Shown here piece by piece: positions 24,011 to 32,000 of a stretch of 32,000 nt of DNA. Position 1 is the stretch's first letter. Each line of letters begins with the position of its first letter. Origin of the DNA: Candidatus Methylomirabilis oxygeniifera (GTDB taxonomy: Bacteria; Methylomirabilota; Methylomirabilia; Methylomirabilales; Methylomirabilaceae); assembly GCA_000091165.1 (NCBI GenBank), contig FP565575.1:2010001-2042000 (forward strand), given 5' to 3'. The notes beneath the pieces are model-generated. The model saw nothing but the letters and a program-made list of their open reading frames with translations, had not been told where the DNA came from and made no database searches. A program made the position numbers and the translations under genes.

Positions 24011-24378
24011 CTCAGCCTCCACCGTCGTTTGAGAATGAGTAGCGAGCAGGACTATTGTCCAAAAGGGATTGGAGATATTGCACATCGAGTGCCAACCGCT
24101 CTCGGGACTAGTGATGTAAGTTGCTGATTCTTATGATGGTGACTGGCGAAGATCAGGAGTGTTGGCAGACTAATTCAGCGGGACAAGACGAGCAGTGGGG
24201 CAAACGCCCCAACGTGGGTGATCTGCCCCATCTCATGCGTGCTGCGCCATGAAGAGATACCGGCGCTTATTTCAACCTGTCAGTTAGGCGCGTTGAAACG
24301 GTTTCGAGGTACGCCTATCTGGAGTCCTGGGGAATCTGTAGCAGCCCATGGGGGCTAAGATTGTAAGCTCGTTCACGC

Positions 24379-24705
24379 TTACGGTGTGATCGCGACACCA
24401 TACGTCAGGACATACGCAGCGAAACTGGCGGGTTCAGGCTGGTGCAGCGAGCGCGCGGAAAAGAAATGGAGCTTGATATCATCGCCTGCCTTCTCTTGTA
24501 CCAGGGCTGCGGTGTGCGCGCGGGTCGCAAGGTCCCACGATTCGAGGTCCTCCAGAAAGACCGCGAGATCGATGTCGCCCGATTCATCGGCGCCTTCTTC
24601 CACCCACGAACCAAACAGGTAGGCCGCCGCTACCGGGGTATAGCGGGACAGCAGCTCCAGTGCGTACTGAGCGCGGTGTTTGATCACAGCGTCGATGTCA
24701 GCCAT
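24379..24705 (-). CDS. Nucleotidyltransferase-domain protein (MNT-type, antitoxin-like)
   Basis: The start is trimmed to the ATG at 24705 (RBS AAGGGGGTGG), which removes an overlap with hisC. 108 aa. The Pol-beta NTase motif is LFGSWVEEGADESGDIDLAVF. Confidence 0.7.
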   Translation of the reverse strand: MADIDAVIKHRAQYALELLSRYTPVAAAYLFGSWVEEGADESGDIDLAVFLEDLESWDLATRAHTAALVQEKAGDDIKLHFFSARSLHQPEPASFAAYVLTYGVAITP

Positions 24706-24760
24706 CACACCACCCCCTTCGTTTTCTTTACTACCCCAAAGAGGGCTGCCTGTAAGAAGT

Positions 24761-25867
24761 TCAGTGAGTCGCAAGGACCTCGCGAAGAGCGGCGACAAAT
24801 CGCTCATTCTCATGAAAGGCGCCGATGGTGACCCTCAGGGACGTCCGGAGCCCATATCGGGCTAGAGAACAGACGGCCACTCGTTTCTCCGCCAAGACTC
24901 GAACAACCTGGTCGACATCCCGTTCGACATCGACAAGGATGAAGTTTGCCGCCGTCGGTACGTAGCGTACTCTCAGCTTCTCAAAAGCCTGGTAGAGATA
25001 CTGCTTGCCATCCTCATTAAGGCGCTTCGAGCCGACGAGGTGCGCCTCATCATCGAGGGCAGCCACGGCGGCTGCGCCGGCTAAGACGTTGACGTTGAAC
25101 GGCTGCCTCGCCTTATCAATGAGCGCAACACAATCGGGCGGGGCGATCGCGTACCCGATCCGCAGCCCCGACAACCCGTAAATCTTGGAGAAGCTCCGCA
25201 ATGCGATCACCGAGCGGCCCTCCCGCACGTAGCGCACGGCGTCAGGCTGAAGCTCGTCGGGGAGATACTCACGATATGCCTCGTCGAGAAGAACGATGAC
25301 CCTTTCCGGGAGCGCCTCGATAAAGGCGGCGATGTCATGGGGCGGGACACAGCTTCCTGTCGGATTGTTCGGGTTGCTGATAAAGACCATCCTGGTCCGC
25401 AGCGTAATCTGTTGAGCCATGGCCTGAAGATCATGGCGAAACGCTTTCAATGGAACTGCGGCTCGTTGGCTTCCCGCAGCCTGAACCACCCGGCCGTAGA
25501 AGGCGAAGGCGGGATCGCCAACGATAGCCTCTGCGTCAGGACCGAGGAAGCACCGCGCGCACAGATCGATCAGCTCACTACTGCCGTTCCCCAGCGCAAT
25601 ATGCGCCGGTGACAGCCCGAGTCGCGCGGCCAATCGCTCCTTGAGATCGTGTCCCTGACAATCGGGGTACCGGTTGAGACCGTGCAGCAGACCCTGTATC
25701 GCCTTGACCGCCAGCGGTGACGGTCCCAGGGGATTTTCGTTGTAGTCGAGTTTGACCCACTCCTCACTCGCCGGCCTCTTTCCAGTTTCATCAAATGGCC
25801 TACTATGGCGGTAAGGGGGCAGCCGCTTCAGGTGTGGAGAAGCCGCCTCTTCAAAGTCGGAAGGCAT
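24761..25867 (-). CDS. hisC: Histidinol-phosphate aminotransferase (class II PLP aminotransferase)
   Basis: 368 aa. Motifs: LDYNENPLGPSP, FISNPNNPTG, and the PLP-lysine motif SFSKIYGLSGLRIGY. Confidence 0.8.
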   Translation of the reverse strand: MPSDFEEAASPHLKRLPPYRHSRPFDETGKRPASEEWVKLDYNENPLGPSPLAVKAIQGLLHGLNRYPDCQGHDLKERLAARLGLSPAHIALGNGSSELIDLCARCFLGPDAEAIVGDPAFAFYGRVVQAAGSQRAAVPLKAFRHDLQAMAQQITLRTRMVFISNPNNPTGSCVPPHDIAAFIEALPERVIVLLDEAYREYLPDELQPDAVRYVREGRSVIALRSFSKIYGLSGLRIGYAIAPPDCVALIDKARQPFNVNVLAGAAAVAALDDEAHLVGSKRLNEDGKQYLYQAFEKLRVRYVPTAANFILVDVERDVDQVVRVLAEKRVAVCSLARYGLRTSLRVTIGAFHENERFVAALREVLATH

Positions 25868-25881
25868 GATCCGGAATGGGA

Positions 25882-26577
25882 CTAGAAATGTTTGTAGCGG
25901 TAGGCCACCGCCACGGCCTCGAGCTTGGTGTGGAGGCCGAGTTTGACGAGGATCTTCTGGGTATGGTTGCGGGCGGTGGTAGTGCTGATTTGAAGCGCTT
26001 TCGCAATCCCCTTGGCAGTCTCGCCGCGGGCGATGAACCGGAGAACCTCCTGCTCTCTAGGCGTTAATGTCTTTAAGGGAGAGGCGCTCTCCGAGGTCGT
26101 CATTGCACCGCCATCCGAGAGGGTCCCTTCGCTTCCCAGCAGGGACTGGACCTTGCCGAGCAGGACCTCGGTCTCTACCTGCCGGGTGACGTCGTGAAAG
26201 ATGTGCACCATGGTGAAGAGGCTCGGAGAACCGGAGGGGACGACGATGGTGCTGACGTGGAGCCAGAGGGGGCGCCCCGTCTTGGTGTGGATCATGATCT
26301 CGCGCCCCTCAACCGGCTCCTCTTTCCTGGCTGAGGTGATCGGGGTACAATTCTCTCCGCACAGCCGGCACCCTGTTCGATTTCTGACAGCCCACACCTC
26401 GGAGCAGGGCTTTCCCAAAACCTCTGCCGCCGTAAACCCCACCAGGCGTTCAGCCGCCTTGTTCCACAGGGTGATCATGTGGTCTTGATCGACGCCGAGC
26501 GCTCCGTCTGCCGTATTTGAAAAGATCTCAGCAAGCGAACTTGTCGCCGGGTACGCCGTATCCATTATCTGTGCCAT
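25882..26577 (-). CDS. One-component regulator: Cys-rich PAS domain plus a LuxR/FixJ-type HTH
   Basis: ATG at 26577 with AAGGTG upstream; the track's GTG at 26589 is an alternative. PAS segment: GVDQDHMITLWNKAAERLVGFTAAEVLGKPCSEV. C-terminal HTH: LTPREQEVLRFIARGETAKGIAKALQISTTTARNHTQKILVKLG. Confidence 0.8.
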   Translation of the reverse strand: MAQIMDTAYPATSSLAEIFSNTADGALGVDQDHMITLWNKAAERLVGFTAAEVLGKPCSEVWAVRNRTGCRLCGENCTPITSARKEEPVEGREIMIHTKTGRPLWLHVSTIVVPSGSPSLFTMVHIFHDVTRQVETEVLLGKVQSLLGSEGTLSDGGAMTTSESASPLKTLTPREQEVLRFIARGETAKGIAKALQISTTTARNHTQKILVKLGLHTKLEAVAVAYRYKHF

Positions 26578-26673
26578 GCGGTTGTACACACCTTACATTA
26601 GGAAAAGACTATACTCAGGAAGATACCTGAGACCGCCAAAAAAATCAAGGGAAGCAATGAACTGTAACGTTGG

Positions 26674-27039
26674 TCATTCTTTGAGCAGCATCGGCTCCTC
26701 TTGCGCCTCTTGGTTATCGGCTGTAGGGCCCTTATGCATCTGATCAGGCCGCAGATCAGAGATATCCATCGTCGAATTCTCCGCCGCTTTGCCTTGAGAA
26801 GGACCAAGTGGCGTCAACCTCTCGAAATCCAGTAAGACGCGGTCCGCATCCGGCTCGGTTGCGTGCTCGACGGCCCGTTGTACCCTGCGCTTCGTGATCC
26901 GCCCAATGAGTACGCCGAGTAGAAATGCGACAAGGATGATCCCGGCTAGCTGAAGCGCCGGTACTGAAACTGATGCAACCCTTAGAAAGTCGATGAAGGC
27001 GAAGAGCAGATCGAGTGCGCTTTCAATGATCGCCCACAT
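26674..27039 (-). CDS. Small membrane protein with one or two N-terminal TM helices and an acidic, disordered tail; hypothetical
   Basis: 121 aa. The TM segment is LQLAGIILVAFLLGVLIGRITKRR. I recognise no family motif. Confidence 0.45.
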   Translation of the reverse strand: MWAIIESALDLLFAFIDFLRVASVSVPALQLAGIILVAFLLGVLIGRITKRRVQRAVEHATEPDADRVLLDFERLTPLGPSQGKAAENSTMDISDLRPDQMHKGPTADNQEAQEEPMLLKE

Positions 27040-27111
27040 ATTGTCCCGCGTAAGGATGAGGTGATTGTGACTGCGACTTCAAGGCGGGTGGCGCTGCGAC
27101 AGGAAAGGCCG

Positions 27112-27438
27112 CTACCGACTCTTGATGACCAGCACCGACTGTACCTCCCTGACCCCGGAGACCTCCCTGGCCAGGGCAACCGCTCGATCAATTTGGGCCT
27201 GAGAGCTGACAAACCCGGAGAGGATAACCCGTCCGCGAAACGTCTCTACGGAAATTGCGAACCCGCTGACTATCGGATCCCCAAGTAGAGTTGTCTTGAC
27301 CTTAGCGGTAATAGCCGTGTCATCGAGGTACTCCCCGGTACTCTCGCGAGTCGCCGTGGCGGCACAGGCCTGAAGCAAGGGGAAAGCCACGATCAGGATA
27401 GCAATAAGTGCTACACGGGTTCGGCTTATGATATGCAT
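27112..27438 (-). CDS. BON-domain lipoprotein (OsmY-like)
   Basis: 108 aa. Lipobox LLQAC. The BON-domain pattern is DDTAITAKVKTTLLGDPIVSGFAISVETFRGRVILSGFVSSQAQIDRAVALAREVSGVREV. Confidence 0.75.
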   Translation of the reverse strand: MHIISRTRVALIAILIVAFPLLQACAATATRESTGEYLDDTAITAKVKTTLLGDPIVSGFAISVETFRGRVILSGFVSSQAQIDRAVALAREVSGVREVQSVLVIKSR

Positions 27439-27578
27439 CTGCGCCTCCTCCAGTAATCGGTTACGCCCTGTATCATCAACGCTGCCCGAAGGCTCAGCGC
27501 CACAGGGCCACTATACCAGAAAAGCATGGGGCGAAGAAGTGGTTTGTGCTATTATTGAGCCCTTCTTCAGGAGCGATC

Positions 27579-28619
27579 ATGCCCAGGCATACGACATTTC
27601 GTCCGTTTTTGGGATTGACCATCGGCGACCCGGCAGGGATAGGTCCCGAAATCGTCGCCAAAGCCGTGACGCAGGAGGAGGTACGGGCGGCCTGCCGTCC
27701 GTTGATCGTCGGCGAGGCAGGCATCATGCGGCGTGCCATCAGGCTATGCCGTCTTGACCTCGTCGTTCGATCCATCGCCTCGCCGGCTGAGATCACCGGC
27801 GATCCGGGTTGTCTTGAGGTGCTGGATCTAAAGAATACCGATGCTGCGAGTTGCCCGCCAGGCGTTCTTGCTCCCCACTGTGGCAGGGCGGCGGTAGAGT
27901 ACCTCAACAAGGCGATCGACCTGACAATAGCCCACGAACTGGACGGCGTTGTGACCGGCCCCGTGAACAAGGAAGCGATAGCCCAGGCGGGGTTTACATA
28001 CGACGGTCAGACGGAGCTGTTCGCCGAGCGGACCCGCACCAGGGATTATGCGATGCTGCTGGTCGTCGGTCGGATGCGGGTTCTTCACGTCTCGACCCAC
28101 ACCTCGTTACGAACCGCCTGCGACAAGGTCGCACAGGCCAGAGTTCTGACGGTCATTCGTTTGGCTCATCAGGTGCTCCGTGATCTCGGATCACGGCAGA
28201 AGCGGATTGGCGTTGCCGGCCTCAACCCTCACGCGAGCGAAAGCGGGCGATTCGGCCGGGAAGAGATCGCAGAGATCACGCCGGCGGTTGAGGCCGCCAA
28301 GACTGAGGGAATCAGGGCGAGCGGTCCTTTCCCTCCGGACACACTGTTCCATCGACACAAGCTTGGTGAATTCGACGCCGTCGTCGCGATGTACCATGAT
28401 CAGGGCCATATCCCGCTCAAGCTGATCGGATTTCATCGTGGGGTGAACGTGACCGTTGGACTCCCTATCATCCGCACCTCAGTAGATCACGGCACCGCCT
28501 TCGATATCGCGGGAACAGGAACCGCAAATCCTCGCAGCCTGGTCGAGGCGATCCTGCTGGCCACAAAGTTCGCCCACCGCCGGCATAAAACAGCCCCTAC
28601 ACCGGACGTACAGTCCTGA
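27579..28619 (+). CDS. pdxA: 4-hydroxythreonine-4-phosphate dehydrogenase
   Basis: The start is trimmed to the ATG at 27579 (RBS AGGAG). Motifs: LTIGDPAGIGPEI, GVVTGPVNKEA, AMYHDQGHIPLK and RTSVDHGTAFDIAG. Confidence 0.9.
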   Translation: MPRHTTFRPFLGLTIGDPAGIGPEIVAKAVTQEEVRAACRPLIVGEAGIMRRAIRLCRLDLVVRSIASPAEITGDPGCLEVLDLKNTDAASCPPGVLAPHCGRAAVEYLNKAIDLTIAHELDGVVTGPVNKEAIAQAGFTYDGQTELFAERTRTRDYAMLLVVGRMRVLHVSTHTSLRTACDKVAQARVLTVIRLAHQVLRDLGSRQKRIGVAGLNPHASESGRFGREEIAEITPAVEAAKTEGIRASGPFPPDTLFHRHKLGEFDAVVAMYHDQGHIPLKLIGFHRGVNVTVGLPIIRTSVDHGTAFDIAGTGTANPRSLVEAILLATKFAHRRHKTAPTPDVQS

Positions 28620-28667
28620 ACGTTGCTCCCGCGCCTCCTGTCCCCCTGCGCGATGTCGATTTGGCGG

Positions 28668-29252
28668 TCACCGTGCGCCAGGGTGCATCGGAGGGGGCAT
28701 GGCCGGACCTCTCATCGATTCGTGGCCCAATCGTTCAAACTTCCCCCGCTGCTCCGGTGTCAGGACCGCCTTACCGGCCTCAATGGTCTTAATACGACCG
28801 ACACGAAGGCCGGCCTGTAGCATTGCAATCTTCTTCGCCAGCGCCTCCACCTTGACGACATCTACCTTTTCCTGCTCCAGCAGGCCGTTCAGCTCCAACT
28901 CCGCCACATCGATCTCCGCATTCTGCCTGATCGACTCCTTCTGGAAGTCGGCTCGCAACTCCCTGAGGGTACGCTCCTGATCGGCAGTCAATCCAAGCTG
29001 CTCCTTTGACGCCAGCATCAGGGTGATCAGTGGCCTCTCGTGGCCCCTCCGAGCATGAAATCCCGGATCCATCAGTTCCATACCCTGCATCATCTCATGG
29101 ATCCCGCGCATCATCTCGGGAGCCATCCGATACCCCATCATCCCCGGTCCACCCGCACCCTCCTCAGCCGAGGCAGCCCATGTCCACACCGGCGAAAAGA
29201 CCGTTCCTGCTACACTCATCAGAACCAACACGGCCGTTACAATTGCTCGCAT
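28668..29252 (-). CDS. Periplasmic Spy/CpxP/ZraP-family protein (LTxxQ motifs) with Met/His-rich termini
   Basis: The start is trimmed to the ATG at 29252 (RBS AAGGAGG). Signal peptide: MRAIVTAVLVLMSVAGTVFSPVWTWA|AS. Met/His tract: GMMGYRMAPEMMRGIHEMMQGMELM. LTxxQ motifs: LTADQ and LTPEQ. The C-terminus is HESMRGPAMPPPMHP. Confidence 0.7.
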   Translation of the reverse strand: MRAIVTAVLVLMSVAGTVFSPVWTWAASAEEGAGGPGMMGYRMAPEMMRGIHEMMQGMELMDPGFHARRGHERPLITLMLASKEQLGLTADQERTLRELRADFQKESIRQNAEIDVAELELNGLLEQEKVDVVKVEALAKKIAMLQAGLRVGRIKTIEAGKAVLTPEQRGKFERLGHESMRGPAMPPPMHPGAR

Positions 29253-29369
29253 CGTCACGTCCTCCTTATTACATCGTCTCTGAGTTCTTACCGATCCGTT
29301 ACTCGCTGGGGCAACCCAGCACCCGATCTCAACATCCGTGTACTGTGACACGAGATGCCGGCATAAGGT

Positions 29370-30383
29370 TTAGCCGGAGCGGACAGGACCGCCGAACGCC
29401 TCAGCGGCCTGTTGATAGATGACCTCCGAGCGCTCCTGATATCGTTGAGAAAAATGGAAGATGACCAGCTCCTTCGCATGAGCCTCGCGAGCAAGCAGTC
29501 CGGCCTGCCGCGCCGTCAGGTGGTGTCGCTCGGTCGCGTAATCCCGATCCTGCTCCAGGTACATCGCTTCACAAAACAGAAGGTCGGCGTCCCGCGCCAG
29601 GGCGACGATCTTCTGCCGATTCTCGTCGGAGTACAATGTGTCCGTAATGTAGACCAGCCGCTGCCCGTTGGTGATCGTAACAATCTGATCCCGCAGATCA
29701 CCGAGCCGCCATTCCTGGAATACCATACCGGTCTCGCTCCTGCACGGAGCTCGAACGACTGCATCGTCCGGTGCGCCTGCGCGGACCAGCCGCTTGAATT
29801 CGGTCAGCCAGGGCCCGGTCGCAAGACCGAGACGCTGCAGTCGTTCGGGGTCGATATTGATCCGCTCCATTTCGATCAGCGCAAAGGCAAGACACGGGAT
29901 CTTGTGATCGAGGTGAACCGCTTCGATCCGGAACAGCGGATCGTCGACCAGCACCCCGGTAAACGGTAAAGATGGCGACAGATCGATCCGCTCGAAGCGA
30001 GCGCCACATGGAAAGCGGGCCGCGGTGATCTTGTCAGAACTGACCTCGTAAACGTCGAATGTGAGCGTGTACCCCTCGACCAAGTTCCAGATGTAGCCGG
30101 CGAGTTTCCCTTCAACGTTCGCGATGATGCCGGGAGGCCCAAACAGCCGGATCGTCTGGTTGCGACCGAGAACGATCCGCAACAGGTGATCGAAGCCGAT
30201 GAAGTGATCGATATGAGTGTGGGAGATGAAGATGTCGGCGACCTTCAACAGCTCGGCAGGCGGCTGCGTCGTCAGGTCACCAAGATCCAGCAGAATGGCG
30301 CGCCGTTCCCACCTGAGCCTCACAAAGAGGCCGGGATCGCCGAACACCCCATTGAGGAGCCTTGGTTGAAAGAGATTGGTCAT
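29370..30383 (-). CDS. MBL-fold metallohydrolase, RNase Z/ElaC-like
   Basis: 337 aa. The HxHxDH motif appears as ISHTHIDHFIGF. The overall beta-lactamase-fold pattern is present. Confidence 0.7.
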   Translation of the reverse strand: MTNLFQPRLLNGVFGDPGLFVRLRWERRAILLDLGDLTTQPPAELLKVADIFISHTHIDHFIGFDHLLRIVLGRNQTIRLFGPPGIIANVEGKLAGYIWNLVEGYTLTFDVYEVSSDKITAARFPCGARFERIDLSPSLPFTGVLVDDPLFRIEAVHLDHKIPCLAFALIEMERINIDPERLQRLGLATGPWLTEFKRLVRAGAPDDAVVRAPCRSETGMVFQEWRLGDLRDQIVTITNGQRLVYITDTLYSDENRQKIVALARDADLLFCEAMYLEQDRDYATERHHLTARQAGLLAREAHAKELVIFHFSQRYQERSEVIYQQAAEAFGGPVRSG

Positions 30384-30569
30384 TTCAGTCGCGCCAAGAC
30401 TGGTCTATTTCCCGCCCGCCATCTTTCGTCCTTCTCGGGTCAGCGTACTCAACATGATGCAGATGGCTATCGTTACCCGTCTTTTTAGGACGTACTATCT
30501 TTTTTGACCGTAACACCCCAACATGAGGGGGTCAAGTAGATTGACCGGAAATGGGAGGCATGTTGTAGC

Positions 30570-30596
30570 GCTTTACCTTCTGTGATAAAGTAAAGC
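30570..30596 (+). promoter_or_regulatory. Inverted repeat upstream of vapB; candidate autoregulatory operator
   Basis: GCTTTAC-N13-GTAAAGC at 30570-30596, 13 nt before the vapB ATG. It overlaps an extended -10-like TGTGATAAA. A second inverted repeat, GGTCAA-N5-TTGACC, lies at 30530-30546. Confidence 0.3.
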
Positions 30597-30608
30597 TAAC
30601 TGCAACCT

Positions 30609-30839
30609 ATGGAGAAACCGATGACTTCGATCAAGCTCTCTTCAAAAAACCAGATCGTCCTTCCCAAAGAAGCGCGCGAGGCAATGAGGGTCAAAGGAGG
30701 GGATGAGATCATAGTAGTCGTCAAAGGAGGGATCACCCTTCTGCTGCCCAAACCCAAAAGCTATACAAAAGCCCTTGCAGGAAAGGGGCGCGGACTGTAT
30801 CCTTCCGATTATTTGACCAAGGAACGCCGCGCGTGGTAA
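30609..30839 (+). CDS. vapB: AbrB/MazE/SpoVT-family antitoxin (VapB-type)
   Basis: 76 aa. The swapped-hairpin motif is KLSSKNQIVLPKEAREAMRVKGGDEIIV. The gene overlaps the downstream PIN gene by 7 nt. Confidence 0.8.
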   Translation: MEKPMTSIKLSSKNQIVLPKEAREAMRVKGGDEIIVVVKGGITLLLPKPKSYTKALAGKGRGLYPSDYLTKERRAW

Positions 30840-31285
30840 GTGCCCAGCACCTCGAGGGCTTCCTGCGAAGGCACCCCGTAGTTGGACTGGATTCAAATCT
30901 GCTGATCTACCTTATCGAGGAACACCCGGAGTACCATCGATTGACTGAGAAGGTATTCGGATCAATTGAAGCGGGACGCAATACGGGGGTTTGCTCCACA
31001 CTCTCCCTTCTTGAGGTCCTGGTCCAACCCTACCGAGAGAGCAATGACGAACTCGTCGATCAGTTCTATGCCCTCCTCACCACCTATCCTCACATCCGAT
31101 GGATCGACTTATCGATCGGGATCGCCGATCTGGGCGCCCAACTTCGCGCCAAATACCAATTGAAAACACCCGATGCCATCCTGGCGGCGACCTCTATCGA
31201 GGCCGGCGCCACCGGTTTCATAGGGAACGACAGCCAGCTCAAACGGATTTCTGAGTTGGATATTCTGATTTTAAGCGGCGATTAG
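30833..31285 (+). CDS. vapC: PIN-domain ribonuclease toxin (VapC-type)
   Basis: 150 aa with a GVG-overlapping GTG start. PIN acidic residues appear in VGLDSNLLIY, SLLEVL, TPDAILAATS and IGND. Confidence 0.8.
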   Translation: MVSAQHLEGFLRRHPVVGLDSNLLIYLIEEHPEYHRLTEKVFGSIEAGRNTGVCSTLSLLEVLVQPYRESNDELVDQFYALLTTYPHIRWIDLSIGIADLGAQLRAKYQLKTPDAILAATSIEAGATGFIGNDSQLKRISELDILILSGD

Positions 31286-31383
31286 AACCGGACAGGGTGA
31301 GCCCCCGTCATCGGCCGGCGGCTGTTTCGCGCCGGTTCCTGCATGCCACACCGAAACCCAATCAATGGTGGTCAGATGTCAAC

Positions 31384-32000
31384 TTAATGGCCTCCTGGCG
31401 GCAGAAACTTGACCCGCCCAGGGACACGCGCCGAGTGCCCAATCGCCACGGCAAAGAGTGCGGCCTTCCCTGCGGCATGGGGAGAGAAGAACTCGGTCAC
31501 ATCGTCGTCGTAAAAGGTGGTGCCCGTCGCGCCTAATCCCAGGGCATATGCGCAGAGGTAGATCTTTCCGCCGACGATCCCCGCCTCCAACTGGGCAGCG
31601 CCGTAGCCCCGATTCCCGTAGCGCTCAAGGATCCGCTCCAGGTCTGCGAGGAAGAAGACGACGACGCTCGCCTCGATGCCAAGGTGTTGTTCGAGGCAGA
31701 GGTAGCCTGCCTCGCGTCGAAATGTGCCCCCCTTCAACAGCTCAAGCGCCTGCCGTAATGGCGAGAAGTGGAAGGCCCCGGTAGAGAGATTCTCGACGGA
31801 GTTGACGATGAGATAGGTGTCCAACAAGGTCGTGCTCGACCCCCCGAGAAAGTCCGCCGGGATCCCGCGGCTGGTTCGCTCAAGGATAGTGGACAGTTGC
31901 TGGAATGAGATCGGGAGTTGAGCGAACTGGTGCGTAGAACCCCTGCGGAGGATGGTCTCACCCAGGGTCCGGGCAGGAAGCTGCTCCCGCTCAATGGGGT
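31384..32000 (-). CDS. SagB-type dehydrogenase / nitroreductase-superfamily protein; the N-terminus lies beyond the window edge
   Basis: The frame stays open to the window end: PIEREQLPARTLGETILRRGSTHQFAQLPISFQQLSTILERTS...LDTYLIVNSVENLSTGAFHF...GYGAAQLEAGIVGGKIYLCAYALGLGATGTTFYDDDV. The track's TTG at 31827 is only the first in-window start codon. Confidence 0.65.
   Translation of the reverse strand, partial: PIEREQLPARTLGETILRRGSTHQFAQLPISFQQLSTILERTSRGIPADFLGGSSTTLLDTYLIVNSVENLSTGAFHFSPLRQALELLKGGTFRREAGYLCLEQHLGIEASVVVFFLADLERILERYGNRGYGAAQLEAGIVGGKIYLCAYALGLGATGTTFYDDDVTEFFSPHAAGKAALFAVAIGHSARVPGRVKFLPPGGH

Noticed and set aside
31734-31994. An 86-aa minus-strand ORF at the window end
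   Set aside because: It is out of frame with, and fully overlapped by, the SagB-type gene, whose frame stays open to position 32000. Its translation is Ser/Pro/Arg-rich.

Overview
GC-rich bacterial chromosomal window, about 85-90% coding. An orphan pmoC/amoC-type gene suggests a copper-monooxygenase-bearing lineage such as Methylomirabilota or Nitrospirota, but that placement is inference only.

Ordinary content:
- Housekeeping genes: a ppx/gppA fragment, an rqcH-like gene, uvrA, tRNA-Leu(GAG), hisC and pdxA.
- Cell-envelope genes: three SDR/epimerase genes and an O-antigen-ligase-like protein fused to a J-domain.
- Periplasmic stress proteins: a BON-domain lipoprotein and a Met/His-rich Spy/CpxP-like protein.
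- A vapBC toxin-antitoxin pair, an orphan MNT-type nucleotidyltransferase, a PAS-LuxR regulator, and a SagB-type dehydrogenase cut by the 3' edge.

Most unusual locus: a same-strand (-) gene cluster at 16295-24010. It encodes one UbiV-like and three paralogous UbiU-like 'peptidase U32' Fe-S proteins, the family of O2-independent, prephenate-dependent hydroxylases. With them are a leaderless SsuA/THI5(NMT1)-fold binding protein that has no transporter partner, and an 854-aa rifampicin-phosphotransferase-like PEP-utilising enzyme. I read this as a candidate uncharacterised anaerobic multi-hydroxylase plus phosphotransferase module.

Second locus of interest: MarR, then an orphan pmoC with both Cu-site ligand triads intact, then a membrane-anchored periplasmic protein whose predicted mature N-terminus is a histidine.

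Six intergenic regions carry a mosaic repeat system. It consists of inverted arrays of 7-nt CTGA-containing units, in two cases enclosing short CCCCTTT...AAAGGGG hairpins. Two of these elements sit between genes of the U32 cluster.

There are also gene remnants (QueG-like, DUF45-like) and a lower-GC degraded islet at about 11.6-13.4 kb. No CRISPR array, rRNA gene or intact mobile element was seen.
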